Shown one piece after another: positions 1 through 9,327 of a stretch of DNA of 64,000 bases. Made by a program: the position numbers and the translations under genes. The notes under the pieces were generated by a model. That model saw nothing but the letters and a program-made list of their open reading frames with translations, searched no databases and was not told where the DNA came from. How positions within the stretch are numbered: position 1 is the stretch's first letter; each line of letters opens with the position of its first letter. The stretch is from an uncultured archaeon (GTDB lineage Archaea > Nanobdellota > Nanobdellia > Pacearchaeales > GW2011-AR1), in the NCBI GenBank assembly GCA_902385625.1, contig CABMGE010000001.1:18765-82764 (forward strand), in the 5' to 3' direction.

Positions 1-1284
1 TTAAAATCTATTCCAGATCTACTTTTAGGTAAAGATCTAATTGGCATTGCTCAAACAGGTACTGGAAAAACTGCCGCATTTGTACTTCCTATTCTTCAAA
101 GAATGAAAGAAAGTTATCCAAGGGTTCCAAGAACTCTTGTACTTGCACCAACCAGGGAACTTGCAGCACAAATAGGAGAAAGTTTTAGGGCATATGGCGA
201 ATTTCTTAATTTTAAACATGCTGTTATTTTTGGAGGAGTAAGTCAGGTTCCTCAAATAAATCAAATATCAAAAGGAGTTGATATTATTGTTGCAACACCA
301 GGAAGACTACTTGATTTAATGAATCAAGGTAAGATTAGTCTAAGAACTATTGAATTCTTTGTTTTGGATGAAGCAGATAGAATGCTTGATATGGGTTTTA
401 TTCATGATATAAAAAGAATAATATTAAAATTACCTGAAAAACGTCAATCACTTTTCTTTTCAGCAACAATGTCAAGAGAAATAAATGAACTTGCAAAAAG
501 TCTTCTAAAGGGCCCAGTGCATGTAGAGGCTGCAGCACAAGCAACTACTGTAGAAAAAATAAAACAGCATATCTTCTTTGTAGATCAGGATTCAAAAGAA
601 AAATTATTACTTGAACTTTTAAATCAAAAACATTTAACCAAAGTTCTTGTATTTACTGGCATGAAATATAAGGCAAATAGGATTGCATTATTTCTTGAAA
701 AAAATAGAATTGGTGCTGATGCTATTCATGGAAATAAATCACAAAGTGCCAGAGTTAAAGCTTTAAATGATTTTAAAACAGGAAGAATAAAAGTACTTGT
801 GGCAACTGATATTGCTGCACGTGGAATTGATATTGATGATATCTCTCATGTAATAAATTTTGATCTTCCAAATGAACCTGAAACTTATGTTCATAGAATA
901 GGAAGAACAGCAAGAGCAGGAGAAGAAGGGACTTCATACTCTTTTTGTGCAGCAGATGAAAGAGATTATTTAAGAGACATTGAAAAATTAATTCGTATGC
1001 AAATTGATGTAATGGATCATGAGTTTCATTCTGAAACTGCAAAAAATGCAGAAGGTGAAGCAGCAAGGCCTATTCCAAGAAATCAGAGAGGTAGATCTAG
1101 ATATAATAACCGGTCAAATAATAGGCCCAATCATCGTAGATCCGAGGGAAGACACAGTTATCATTCAGGCAGGTCTGAAAGGTCAAATAATAGCGATAGA
1201 GATGGGGACAGACCAAGATCCAGAGGATTTAGATCAAGAAGTTTTAGTTCTAGAAGTGGAAGATCTAGTTTTAGAAGAAGATAA
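1..1284 (+). CDS. DEAD-box ATP-dependent RNA helicase, 5' end outside window; RS/RG-rich basic C-terminal tail
   Basis: Frame of ORF 103..1284 stays open back to base 1 and reads AQTGTGKTAAF (motif I). Downstream motifs PTRELA, VLDEADRM, SAT, HRIGRTARAG. Confidence 0.9.
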   Translation, partial: LKSIPDLLLGKDLIGIAQTGTGKTAAFVLPILQRMKESYPRVPRTLVLAPTRELAAQIGESFRAYGEFLNFKHAVIFGGVSQVPQINQISKGVDIIVATPGRLLDLMNQGKISLRTIEFFVLDEADRMLDMGFIHDIKRIILKLPEKRQSLFFSATMSREINELAKSLLKGPVHVEAAAQATTVEKIKQHIFFVDQDSKEKLLLELLNQKHLTKVLVFTGMKYKANRIALFLEKNRIGADAIHGNKSQSARVKALNDFKTGRIKVLVATDIAARGIDIDDISHVINFDLPNEPETYVHRIGRTARAGEEGTSYSFCAADERDYLRDIEKLIRMQIDVMDHEFHSETAKNAEGEAARPIPRNQRGRSRYNNRSNNRPNHRRSEGRHSYHSGRSERSNNSDRDGDRPRSRGFRSRSFSSRSGRSSFRRR

Positions 1285-1296
1285 GGCCCTTATTTT

Positions 1297-1800
1297 TTAA
1301 AAAGCACTACTTGGGTTCTCATTTAATTGGTCTATAATTTTCTCATCACATTGGAATATCCATAAGCTTTCTTTTATGATAGTAGGAACAGCTTCAATAT
1401 ACCATCTCCAGTCTTTATGAAAATAATTTGAGTCTACATAGACTCTTCCGTCTCTTGTTGTAAATGATCTTTGTGCATCAAAAATCCAGTCAACATTGTT
1501 AATTAAATTTTCAAGTGGAAATCCTCCACTAATTTTTTCTTTTTCTTCATAACTGTTGAAAATAGGATTGTTTATTGTAATAAAATCTCCTGTAAAGTTA
1601 GTTTTACAATAGAGAAGATATTTTCTTCTTTCCTTGATCCTCAAAACCAAAGCATTTTCTGGGATTTGCTCCTCAACTCCTGCATACATTAGTTTCCTTG
1701 GAGTATCAGGAAAACATCCTTCTATATTTGTGTTTATTCTGTCAATTGACATGTCTATTAAAAAAAGATCTTGTTTAAAATCATTATTATCCTTAGTCAT
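1297..1800 (-). CDS. hypothetical protein
   Basis: 167-aa ORF filling the space between neighbours; no motif recognised. Confidence 0.45.
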   Translation of the reverse strand: MTKDNNDFKQDLFLIDMSIDRINTNIEGCFPDTPRKLMYAGVEEQIPENALVLRIKERRKYLLYCKTNFTGDFITINNPIFNSYEEKEKISGGFPLENLINNVDWIFDAQRSFTTRDGRVYVDSNYFHKDWRWYIEAVPTIIKESLWIFQCDEKIIDQLNENPSSAF

Positions 1801-1859
1801 ATATCCTGGAGATTTTATATAGAACGAAGATTTAAATAATTTCTTTCTAGATTAACAAT

Positions 1860-2501
1860 ATGATAAAATCATTTATTTTTGATTTTGATGGAGTAATAAT
1901 TGATTCAGAAACAAAAAAGTTTAATGATCTAAAAAATCTATTAAAAGAAAAAGGTTATGCCTTAAAGGATAGTTCTTTCATAGATATGATTGGGAAAAAA
2001 ACAGGATTTTTCTTAAAGGAACAATTTAAAAATATCTCTGAAAAAGAGATTAAAGAAATATCTCAAAACAGAAGAAATATTCAATTAACTGACTCGAATT
2101 ACAAACTAATTTCAGGAATAAAAGAATTACTTGAATTTATCAAGTCAAAAAAGTTAAAGCTTGCAATAACCTCAGGTACAAAAAAGGAAATTATTACTAA
2201 AATATTGGAAAAAAATAATCTTTTGGATTTATTTGATTTAATCATTGGAGGAGAAGATTTTAATGAATCAAAACCATCTCCAGAAGGATTTTTAGTTACA
2301 TTAAAAAAGTTAGCACTAAAACCTTCAGAAGTAATAGTTGTTGAAGATTCTGTTTCAGGCATAATTTCATCAAAAAAAGCAGGTTGCAAGGTTTTTGCAG
2401 TTAAAACTTACTTTGAAGAAAAAGACCTTAAAGAAGCAGATAAAATATTTGAAAATCATCATTATCTATTAAGTTATATTGAGTCAAGCACTTTACTTTA
2501 A
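1860..2501 (+). CDS. HAD-superfamily hydrolase (beta-phosphoglucomutase-like)
   Basis: FDFDGVIIDSE nucleophile motif, ITSGT, EDSVSG. Confidence 0.8.
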   Translation: MIKSFIFDFDGVIIDSETKKFNDLKNLLKEKGYALKDSSFIDMIGKKTGFFLKEQFKNISEKEIKEISQNRRNIQLTDSNYKLISGIKELLEFIKSKKLKLAITSGTKKEIITKILEKNNLLDLFDLIIGGEDFNESKPSPEGFLVTLKKLALKPSEVIVVEDSVSGIISSKKAGCKVFAVKTYFEEKDLKEADKIFENHHYLLSYIESSTLL

Positions 2502-2562
2502 TCAATTTAGTTATTTTATTATAATTTGTTTAAAGATTACAACACACTTATTTAATCTAGTG

Positions 2563-2754
2563 ATGCTTGTAATATCCATGGAAACTTCATTATTATTTTG
2601 GTCTGTAGTATTTTTAGTGCTTGCACTAATTTCAGGATTGTTAGGATTTGGAATTATTTCAGGAGTCTCATATGTAATTGCAAAATGGCTATTTTTAATA
2701 TTTATAGTTCTATTCATAATAGCAATAATTGCTCATTTTTTAAGAAGGATTTAA
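2563..2754 (+). CDS. UPF0391/DUF1328-type small membrane protein
   Basis: About 60 aa, two TM segments, LISGLLGFGIISG...AKWLFLIFIVLF pattern. Start placed at an internal ATG (2563, or 2578) of ORF 2479..2754. Confidence 0.55.
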   Translation: MLVISMETSLLFWSVVFLVLALISGLLGFGIISGVSYVIAKWLFLIFIVLFIIAIIAHFLRRI

Positions 2755-2786
2755 TTCTATAAAATCGTTATTTTTCCTTTAAAATA

Positions 2787-3059
2787 TCATCTGCTTTGTT
2801 TATCTTTAACTTCATCTTTATTATTTGGAAGTTTAAGAGACAGGGAATTCTCAATTCTCTGTATCATCTCTGATTTGAGTCCAATAAAAACTCCGCCCTC
2901 TTTTCCTTGGACATAGGTTGCTTCTCCAGGTTTTATTATTTTATTTAGTTCATCAAGTTCAATATCAATATGGGTTATTCTCGCATTGCTTTTGCCTTTT
3001 TCATGTATATAGACATTGGCTTTTCCGAGTAGCTTTTTACCAAATCCAGGTCCTGACAT
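2787..3059 (-). CDS. hypothetical protein
   Basis: 90-aa ORF, no motif recognised. Confidence 0.4.
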   Translation of the reverse strand: MSGPGFGKKLLGKANVYIHEKGKSNARITHIDIELDELNKIIKPGEATYVQGKEGGVFIGLKSEMIQRIENSLSLKLPNNKDEVKDKQSR

Positions 3060-3141
3060 ATTAAGCTAAAGAATTAATTCTTAATAAATATTAGTATATA
3101 TTTTATATTAATGACCTAAAAACTCGCAGAAACAATATCTT

Positions 3142-3786
3142 TTAACTTAAACTATATTTTAAATAATCAAAGCCAGCAACCACTCCTGAAATACAAGTAA
3201 GTATTGCTAAATAAATTGCCCAATTAACTTGAAGAATTATAGCAGCAAATGCAATGCTTTGTATAAATGTAGTAACTTTTCCAATATATCTTACTTGGTA
3301 AGGATCTTTATTTCTAATTATTGCAATTATAAATCCAGGTAGTCCAATTATCTCTCTTGAAACTGACAAGAATAAAAGTAGGAAAATATTTGTTGGAGAT
3401 AACTTGAATATATCTTGTGTAGTAACATTGCTATTTAGGATTATAAAAATAAGCAATGCAAGGAATATTGATCCTGTAAATACTCTGTCAATAACCTGAT
3501 CAAGTCTTGCTCCGAGTTGGGTTTTCTGATTAAGTTTTCTTGCAAAAAATCCATCAAACCAGTCTGATACAGCAGCAATAGCAAATACAATGAACAATGC
3601 AATTCTTGAATAGTTCATAAATAGCATATATACAAAAACAAATACTAATAAAAGTCTTAAAAGAGTTATTGAGTTTGGAACATTTAAGATAATTTCATCT
3701 TTTATTTCTTTTTCTGCTTTTTTAATTTCAGAGCCTACTTTCTTCATTCCACTTTTAACTTTTGCTCTGTTTTTGCCATTTGCCAT
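3142..3786 (-). CDS. CDP-alcohol phosphatidyltransferase
   Basis: DWFDGFFARKLNQKTQLGARLDQVIDR matches D-x2-DG-x2-AR-x8-G-x3-D-x3-D; multi-TM. Confidence 0.85.
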   Translation of the reverse strand: MANGKNRAKVKSGMKKVGSEIKKAEKEIKDEIILNVPNSITLLRLLLVFVFVYMLFMNYSRIALFIVFAIAAVSDWFDGFFARKLNQKTQLGARLDQVIDRVFTGSIFLALLIFIILNSNVTTQDIFKLSPTNIFLLLFLSVSREIIGLPGFIIAIIRNKDPYQVRYIGKVTTFIQSIAFAAIILQVNWAIYLAILTCISGVVAGFDYLKYSLS

Positions 3787-3866
3787 ATATAATCATAAGA
3801 ATAATTATTTATTAAGCTTTCTATTACTGTATTTACCAAAGAATATGATGAATTATATAGCTTAGT

Positions 3867-4172
3867 CTACTTTTTTGTAACCTTTTCTTCCTTAAATAAA
3901 TATTTTGCAATTAAAAATACTACAAAAGCAATTATTATAAAATTTATCAATGCTCCAAGAAATGCTCCCCATCCTATTACTGCCGGGCCAAGATTAAATG
4001 TTGCCTTTTGCCATTCACCCTTTGGAATAAATGGAGTGATAAGAGGCATTATTATATTATTAACCAGCGACTGGATAAGAGTTGTAGATGCCGCACCTAT
4101 TATAAATGCAACAGCAAGTCCAATTACCTTATATTCTTTTAAAAAATCTCTGAATTCAGATATTAATGTCAT
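3867..4172 (-). CDS. mscL: large-conductance mechanosensitive channel
   Basis: SEFRDFLKEYKVIGLAVAFIIGAA...NNIIMP resembles the MscL N-terminus and TM1; about 100 aa, two TM. Confidence 0.8.
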   Translation of the reverse strand: MTLISEFRDFLKEYKVIGLAVAFIIGAASTTLIQSLVNNIIMPLITPFIPKGEWQKATFNLGPAVIGWGAFLGALINFIIIAFVVFLIAKYLFKEEKVTKK

Positions 4173-4223
4173 AGATAAAAACCTCTTGTATATTATATCT
4201 TTTAAACTATATAAATCCTGCGA

Positions 4224-5570
4224 TTAATTTTCATATCTTCCACAACATAGAACAACACTTCTTCCTCCAAAACCAAAAGAAGATGAAATAAAATTATTTA
4301 TTTTTCTATCTCTTGCTTTGTTTGGAACATAGTCAAGGTCACAAGGTACAAAATATTTTTGCAGTCTTTCATCATGATAGTCTTTTTGAGTATCTGGATT
4401 ATCAAGATTTATAGTGGGAGGAATTACGCTATTCTTCATGGACATAATAGATATTATTAGTTCAAGTCCGCCTGATGCGTTTAATGTATGTCCTAGTCTG
4501 GATTTGTCTGAAGATATTGTAATGTTTTTGGCATACTCTCCAAATGACTGTTTTATTGCAAGTGTCTCCTGCCAATCATTAAATTTTGTTGAGGTTCCAT
4601 GTGCATTTATATGATTAATATCTTCAGGATTTAGTCTCGCCATTTCAAGCGATTGTTTTATTGCAAGAGTTGCATATTTTGCATCAGACCTTGGACTAGT
4701 AGGATGATCTCCATCAAGTTTTGCACCATATCCCTTTATTTCAGCATAAATATTTGCTCCTCTTTTTTTCGCATGTTCAAGTTCTTCGAGAATTACAACT
4801 CCTGCACCATCGCCAATAACAAATCCATTTCTATCACGGTCAAATGGTCTTGATGCATGAGAAGGATCATCATTTCTATATGATGTTGCTCTGAGTTTTG
4901 AAAATCCTCCGTGAGTTAAAAAAGAAAATGCATCTCCTGTTCCTCCACAAATCATTGTATCAGCAAGACCAAGTTGAATATTCATGCAACCATTCATTAT
5001 ATTTGAATTTCCTGAACTACATTCTGTGCAAACCGAAGGCCCATCTCCTGCATGTAACTGATGATTAGCAGCAATGTATGCTGCAGGTGCTCCTGGAAGA
5101 GTTTTGAATGCAATAAAATCATCTATCTCTAAAAGTCCTTCTCTGCAAACTTTAATCACTGCCTTTTCAATATCACTAATTCCTCCAAAACCACTTCCTA
5201 TTGAAACTCCTGTTCTTTCTTTTATTTGTTCAGTAGTAGCAGGATTATAAAAAATCCCAGAATCTTCAATAGCTTCTTTTGCAGCAGCAGATGCAATTCT
5301 TGTGTCATGACACATTCTTCTTTTTGATTCTTTTCCAAATCGCTCATGATTGATTTGTTCTGGATAAAATAAAGAGCCAATATAAGATCCATTCGTTTTA
5401 AGTATTGGAATTTCATTATCTCCATTTATCCTAACCATCACTGGAATTTCACTTGAGACATCTCGAATGACACTTTTCCCTGCCCTTGAATTTTCAAATA
5501 AATCTTTTACATTAAGTCCAAGTGGAGTAAATGCCCCCATTCCTGTAACAACAACTCTTTTGCCTTCCAT
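4224..5570 (-). CDS. beta-ketoacyl synthase, elongating KAS I/II (FabF/FabB-like) type
   Basis: KRVVVTGMG N-terminus; active-site Cys in CTECSSGNS; HGTSTKFND and GHTLNASGGLE His motifs (Cys-His-His triad). Confidence 0.85.
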   Translation of the reverse strand: MEGKRVVVTGMGAFTPLGLNVKDLFENSRAGKSVIRDVSSEIPVMVRINGDNEIPILKTNGSYIGSLFYPEQINHERFGKESKRRMCHDTRIASAAAKEAIEDSGIFYNPATTEQIKERTGVSIGSGFGGISDIEKAVIKVCREGLLEIDDFIAFKTLPGAPAAYIAANHQLHAGDGPSVCTECSSGNSNIMNGCMNIQLGLADTMICGGTGDAFSFLTHGGFSKLRATSYRNDDPSHASRPFDRDRNGFVIGDGAGVVILEELEHAKKRGANIYAEIKGYGAKLDGDHPTSPRSDAKYATLAIKQSLEMARLNPEDINHINAHGTSTKFNDWQETLAIKQSFGEYAKNITISSDKSRLGHTLNASGGLELIISIMSMKNSVIPPTINLDNPDTQKDYHDERLQKYFVPCDLDYVPNKARDRKINNFISSSFGFGGRSVVLCCGRYEN

Positions 5571-6731
5571 TTAATCACTCCGAGTATTTTCTGCATACTC
5601 CCTATCTAGAGATTCAAATACCTCTTTAACTGAAATTATTTTATCGCATCTCCATGCATTTGCACCTGCGAATACATATCCATTTCCAAACTCTCCTTTC
5701 TGAGCTTCAACTAAAGCTCTTGCAATACAATAAGGAGATTCTTCAGGTTTACAGGTTTTAAGGCAATGATAAGGGCATGCAATCGGAATTGTTTCTCCTT
5801 TTTCAACCCTATTTAAAAAATCATTAACAATTGCTCTTCCAGGCATTCCAACAGGACTATTGATAATTCTTAAATCCTCTTTTTTGCAATTGATATAAGC
5901 TTGTTTGAATTTCAAGTCTGCATCACATTCATGAGTTGTTACAAATCTTGTTGCCATCTGAACTCCAGAGGCTCCAAGTTCATGGAATTTTCGAATATCT
6001 CCTCCATAAAATATTCCTCCTGCAGCAATTACCGGAATATTTCCATATTCTTTTACAGCAAGAATTACTTCAGGAATTATTTTTTCAAGTCCATTAGAAA
6101 CATAATCTGGATTATCTAATTGTTCCCTAGAATAACCTAGATGTCCGCCGGCTTTTGGTCCTTCAACAATTACTGCGTCTGGAATATGGCCTAGCTTTGC
6201 CCATGCCTTACACATCATTCCTGCAAGTTTTCCAGAAGAAACAATTGGTGTAAGTTTTATATCTTTTCCATTCAAATAACTAGGAAGATCTCTTGGAATT
6301 CCAGCTCCTGAAACAATCATATCAATATTTTCTTCAACCGCAGTTTGAACAAGTCCTGAATAATCAGAAAGAGCATGCATAATATTTACTCCAACAATTC
6401 CATTAGTAAGACTCCTTGCTTTTCTAATTTGATCCCTTAGTGCATTTTGATTTGCAAAAGAATATAATTCTCCCATAATTATTTTTTTATCATCTTCACT
6501 AGATGCATTTCTTAGCCTATTTTTGTTTCTGTTCATTTCATCCTTGAAATGTCCATTGAGAACTCCAAGTCCAACACTTGCGATCATTGGAATTCCTTCT
6601 TCATTTGAAACTTCAGAAACAATTCCCGATTGAGTAACTCCAACTCCCATTCCACCAAGAATCAATTTACCTTCTAAATATCTTCCACTTCCATTACCTA
6701 TTTTTATTTTAGGTATATTATTGATACCCAT
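5571..6731 (-). CDS. nitronate monooxygenase / FabK-like FMN enoyl reductase family protein with C-terminal Cys cluster
   Basis: GGMGVG, IVEGPKAGGHLG and AAGGI motifs; CPYHCLKTCKPEESPYC near the C-terminus; stop codon directly abuts the KAS start codon. Confidence 0.7.
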   Translation of the reverse strand: MGINNIPKIKIGNGSGRYLEGKLILGGMGVGVTQSGIVSEVSNEEGIPMIASVGLGVLNGHFKDEMNRNKNRLRNASSEDDKKIIMGELYSFANQNALRDQIRKARSLTNGIVGVNIMHALSDYSGLVQTAVEENIDMIVSGAGIPRDLPSYLNGKDIKLTPIVSSGKLAGMMCKAWAKLGHIPDAVIVEGPKAGGHLGYSREQLDNPDYVSNGLEKIIPEVILAVKEYGNIPVIAAGGIFYGGDIRKFHELGASGVQMATRFVTTHECDADLKFKQAYINCKKEDLRIINSPVGMPGRAIVNDFLNRVEKGETIPIACPYHCLKTCKPEESPYCIARALVEAQKGEFGNGYVFAGANAWRCDKIISVKEVFESLDREYAENTRSD

Positions 6732-6801
6732 AAAAAATCTAGTATAAATTGGCTTTTAAAGATTTATATGCATTATTTATTACTGTATTAAAATAAAACC
6801 A

Positions 6802-8313
6802 TTAAAGACTTTCCAGATATTTTACATGCTCTATTGATTGCGGACTATGGAGTACTTTTCTTCCTGAAAATTTTGTATATGCAAGAAGGCCTGTTGCAAT
6901 CATTTTATGCCCCCAGGGACGAGAAAAAGCAACTCTTTTAATCCCATTGGTCCAGGAATAAAAATTTTCATACATCTCATATAATATTTTCTGAAGTTCA
7001 AGAGGATTTTTGAAATTTTTAGGTTTGAATAAAACATGATCTCCTTCATAAAGATGGTAATGAGGATCAGATTCAGGATAAATTAGTCTGTCTTCTGATT
7101 TAAATTGTTTTTCAATATCGCTTCCAGGTAATGGGATTAATGCAAAGAACTGTGCACTATCCACATTTCTCGGAGCCCATCCACATAATTCTTTTGCTTT
7201 TGTAGAATTATCATTATCTTCTCCAACAATAAACATTCCATGAGTCCAAAAACCATAATCTCTTATTTTCTTAACAGAATCTATTACTCTTTGTGCGCTG
7301 TATCCCTTATTCATTCCATTTAAAATTTCATCATCAATAGACTCAATTCCAAGACATACTGCTCTTGCTCCAGCTTTCCATAAAAGATCCATAAGTTCAG
7401 AATCATCTGCAAGTTGAATTGTAGACTGAAATACAAATGGTTTATCATTTAGATCATTTTCAACCATGTACTCAAGCAGTCTCTTTGCTCTTTTTCTGTT
7501 AGCAATAAAATTGTCTCCTGTCATAAATATATATTGTCCATGACTTTTTGTTCTTGTAAGTTCATCGCCCATCCATATGTCTGATTTCTCCCTGAAACTC
7601 CTGCCATATGCTTTTGTAACAGTACAAAAATTGCAATCTTTCGGGCAGCCTCTGGAATCTTCAATAGGAAATGTTTTCACCCCTTCAAGTGTTGTCTGAT
7701 CATAATCAGGATGTATAATGCTTAATTTTTCAGGAGAGAGTCTTGCCCTGGGATTTGTATAAATAACTTCATTATTTTTTTCAAAAGCAATTCCATTGAC
7801 ATCTTCTACACTTCCTCTTTCTCCTGCAAGAGTTAGAAGAAGTTCAGGAAAAGTTTCTTCTGCTTCTCCAATAACCACAAAATCAGAATGTTTTGCAAAT
7901 TCCTCTGATCTAAATGAGGGTCCAAATCCTCCAGAGATTGTAATTTTATCCCTATACTGATCAAGTAGTTTTGTTGCCTGCGGATCAGTTCTTGTAATTG
8001 AAGAAACTCCAACTATTGCTGCTTCTTGTAATAATTTTCTATTTTCAAAACTGTTTATATTTCCATGATGTTGGCTAAGATAATCAATATTTGTAAAACC
8101 AGCTTGTTTTGCAGCAGCACCAACATAATGTATTCCTCTTGCAGCAAGTTTATATGAAGTATAAATATCATAACTAGGATCTCCCCCAAGTTTTCCAAAT
8201 TGGGTTGGTCCTGGTTCAACAAGTACTATTAAATCTTTTCTTGAAATTTTTCTTATCATGTTTTTATAACCTATGTTATTGATTTTAAATTTTTTTCTTT
8301 TAAGTGTTATCAC
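6802..8313 (-). CDS. B12-binding-domain radical SAM protein
   Basis: DSRGCPKDCNFCTV (CxxxCxxC) after a Rossmann-like N-domain. The longest ORF starts at GTG 8313; the first ATG is at 8259. Confidence 0.8.
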   Translation of the reverse strand: MITLKRKKFKINNIGYKNMIRKISRKDLIVLVEPGPTQFGKLGGDPSYDIYTSYKLAARGIHYVGAAAKQAGFTNIDYLSQHHGNINSFENRKLLQEAAIVGVSSITRTDPQATKLLDQYRDKITISGGFGPSFRSEEFAKHSDFVVIGEAEETFPELLLTLAGERGSVEDVNGIAFEKNNEVIYTNPRARLSPEKLSIIHPDYDQTTLEGVKTFPIEDSRGCPKDCNFCTVTKAYGRSFREKSDIWMGDELTRTKSHGQYIFMTGDNFIANRKRAKRLLEYMVENDLNDKPFVFQSTIQLADDSELMDLLWKAGARAVCLGIESIDDEILNGMNKGYSAQRVIDSVKKIRDYGFWTHGMFIVGEDNDNSTKAKELCGWAPRNVDSAQFFALIPLPGSDIEKQFKSEDRLIYPESDPHYHLYEGDHVLFKPKNFKNPLELQKILYEMYENFYSWTNGIKRVAFSRPWGHKMIATGLLAYTKFSGRKVLHSPQSIEHVKYLESL

Positions 8314-8330
8314 AGAACTCTTCTTCTTTA

Positions 8331-8420
8331 AAAAAATAGCGCGCGAGCATATTTAAATTAGTATCTAAACCAATTTGTTTAATTTGGATATGCGAGTAAG
8401 GATTTGAACATTCAAATCCT
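8331..8420 (-). repeat. degenerate partial copy of the adjacent tRNA 3' end, including a perfect 10-bp hairpin (8399..8420)
   Basis: aaaaaatagcgcg occurs at 8331-8343 and 8431-8443. aggatttgaac occurs at 8399-8409 and 8447-8457. aggatttgaa-ca-ttcaaatcct is a perfect inverted repeat. Confidence 0.5.
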
Positions 8421-8436
8421 ACTTATTTTTAAAAAA

Positions 8437-8512
8437 TAGCGCGGGCAGGATTTGAACCATGCGACTTCCGGGTTATGGGCCCGGCGAGAACTCCAGGCTT
8501 CTCTACCGCGCT
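8437..8512 (-). tRNA. tRNA-Met (CAT), initiator-type
   Basis: Hand-folded cloverleaf: AGCGCGG/CCGCGCT acceptor with A1:U72, GAGA/TCTC D stem, CCGGG-CCCATAA-CCCGG anticodon arm with three G:C pairs, GGTTCAAATCC T-loop. The T stem needs one bulged U. Confidence 0.8.
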
Positions 8513-8572
8513 ATTGCTCTATAATTAATATAGATATAAACACGAGCTTTAAAACCCTTATAAAGTTAACGT

Positions 8573-9271
8573 TTAAGAAGCAATTTCATGAATTTTTAAT
8601 CCTTTATCTTCAATAAAATTCATCGCCAAACTTATATTTTTTGATAAACAATAAGCAGGGATTATATCTGAATGAAAATCAGTTCCGATTGTCATCTTAA
8701 TATTATATTTTTTGATTAGATCGATTACATCTTTATTAAAAAGAAAGTGATAGTTAGAATTTTCTGAAAGATTTATTTCAACGAAAATATCATTATCTCC
8801 TAGAAGTTTTATATAATCTTTGTTATCTGGAAGTGCCATTGAAATATCAGTATGAGCAAGTCCAACAGGAATTTTAATATCCTTTTTAGCATTAACAACT
8901 GATTCAATATTTCTATAAACTTTTTTTAATCCCTTATCAACTCGGATATATTCAAATAAAACATAATCCAGTTTATTAATTAAGTCAAATGGAACATTAC
9001 AAGGATCAATGCCCTGATTATAACAAGTATCAATTTCAAGACCAATTTTGAGTTCAATTCCAGAGCCAGAATTTTTTTCTTTTAATAATTTTAAATCATT
9101 AATATATCCAGGAAGAGTTACCTCATTTAAGCTTTTAATTTTTGTTGTAAATGCATGATCTGTTATTCCAATTACTTCAAGTTTTTCATTTTTTGCCATA
9201 TTGACAAGCTTTTCAGCTGAAAAACTTCCATCAGAATAAGTTGTATGAATATGAATGTTATGTCTTTTCAT
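8573..9271 (-). CDS. PHP-domain phosphoesterase (histidinol-phosphatase family)
   Basis: N-terminal HNIHIHTTYSDGS; internal ITDH and GTDFH metal-ligand motifs. Confidence 0.75.
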   Translation of the reverse strand: MKRHNIHIHTTYSDGSFSAEKLVNMAKNEKLEVIGITDHAFTTKIKSLNEVTLPGYINDLKLLKEKNSGSGIELKIGLEIDTCYNQGIDPCNVPFDLINKLDYVLFEYIRVDKGLKKVYRNIESVVNAKKDIKIPVGLAHTDISMALPDNKDYIKLLGDNDIFVEINLSENSNYHFLFNKDVIDLIKKYNIKMTIGTDFHSDIIPAYCLSKNISLAMNFIEDKGLKIHEIAS

Positions 9272-9327
9272 TTCACACTTGAGTGATTATATACTTTTAT
9301 AAATACTATTGTGATAATAAAAATAAA

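Noticed and set aside
8337-8420. A second tRNA or a Nanoarchaeum-style split tRNA half next to tRNA-Met
   Set aside because: I tried cloverleaf folds on both strands. Only the T-loop-like hairpin and the acceptor-like string match, with no D or anticodon arm. It is better explained as a decayed partial duplicate.
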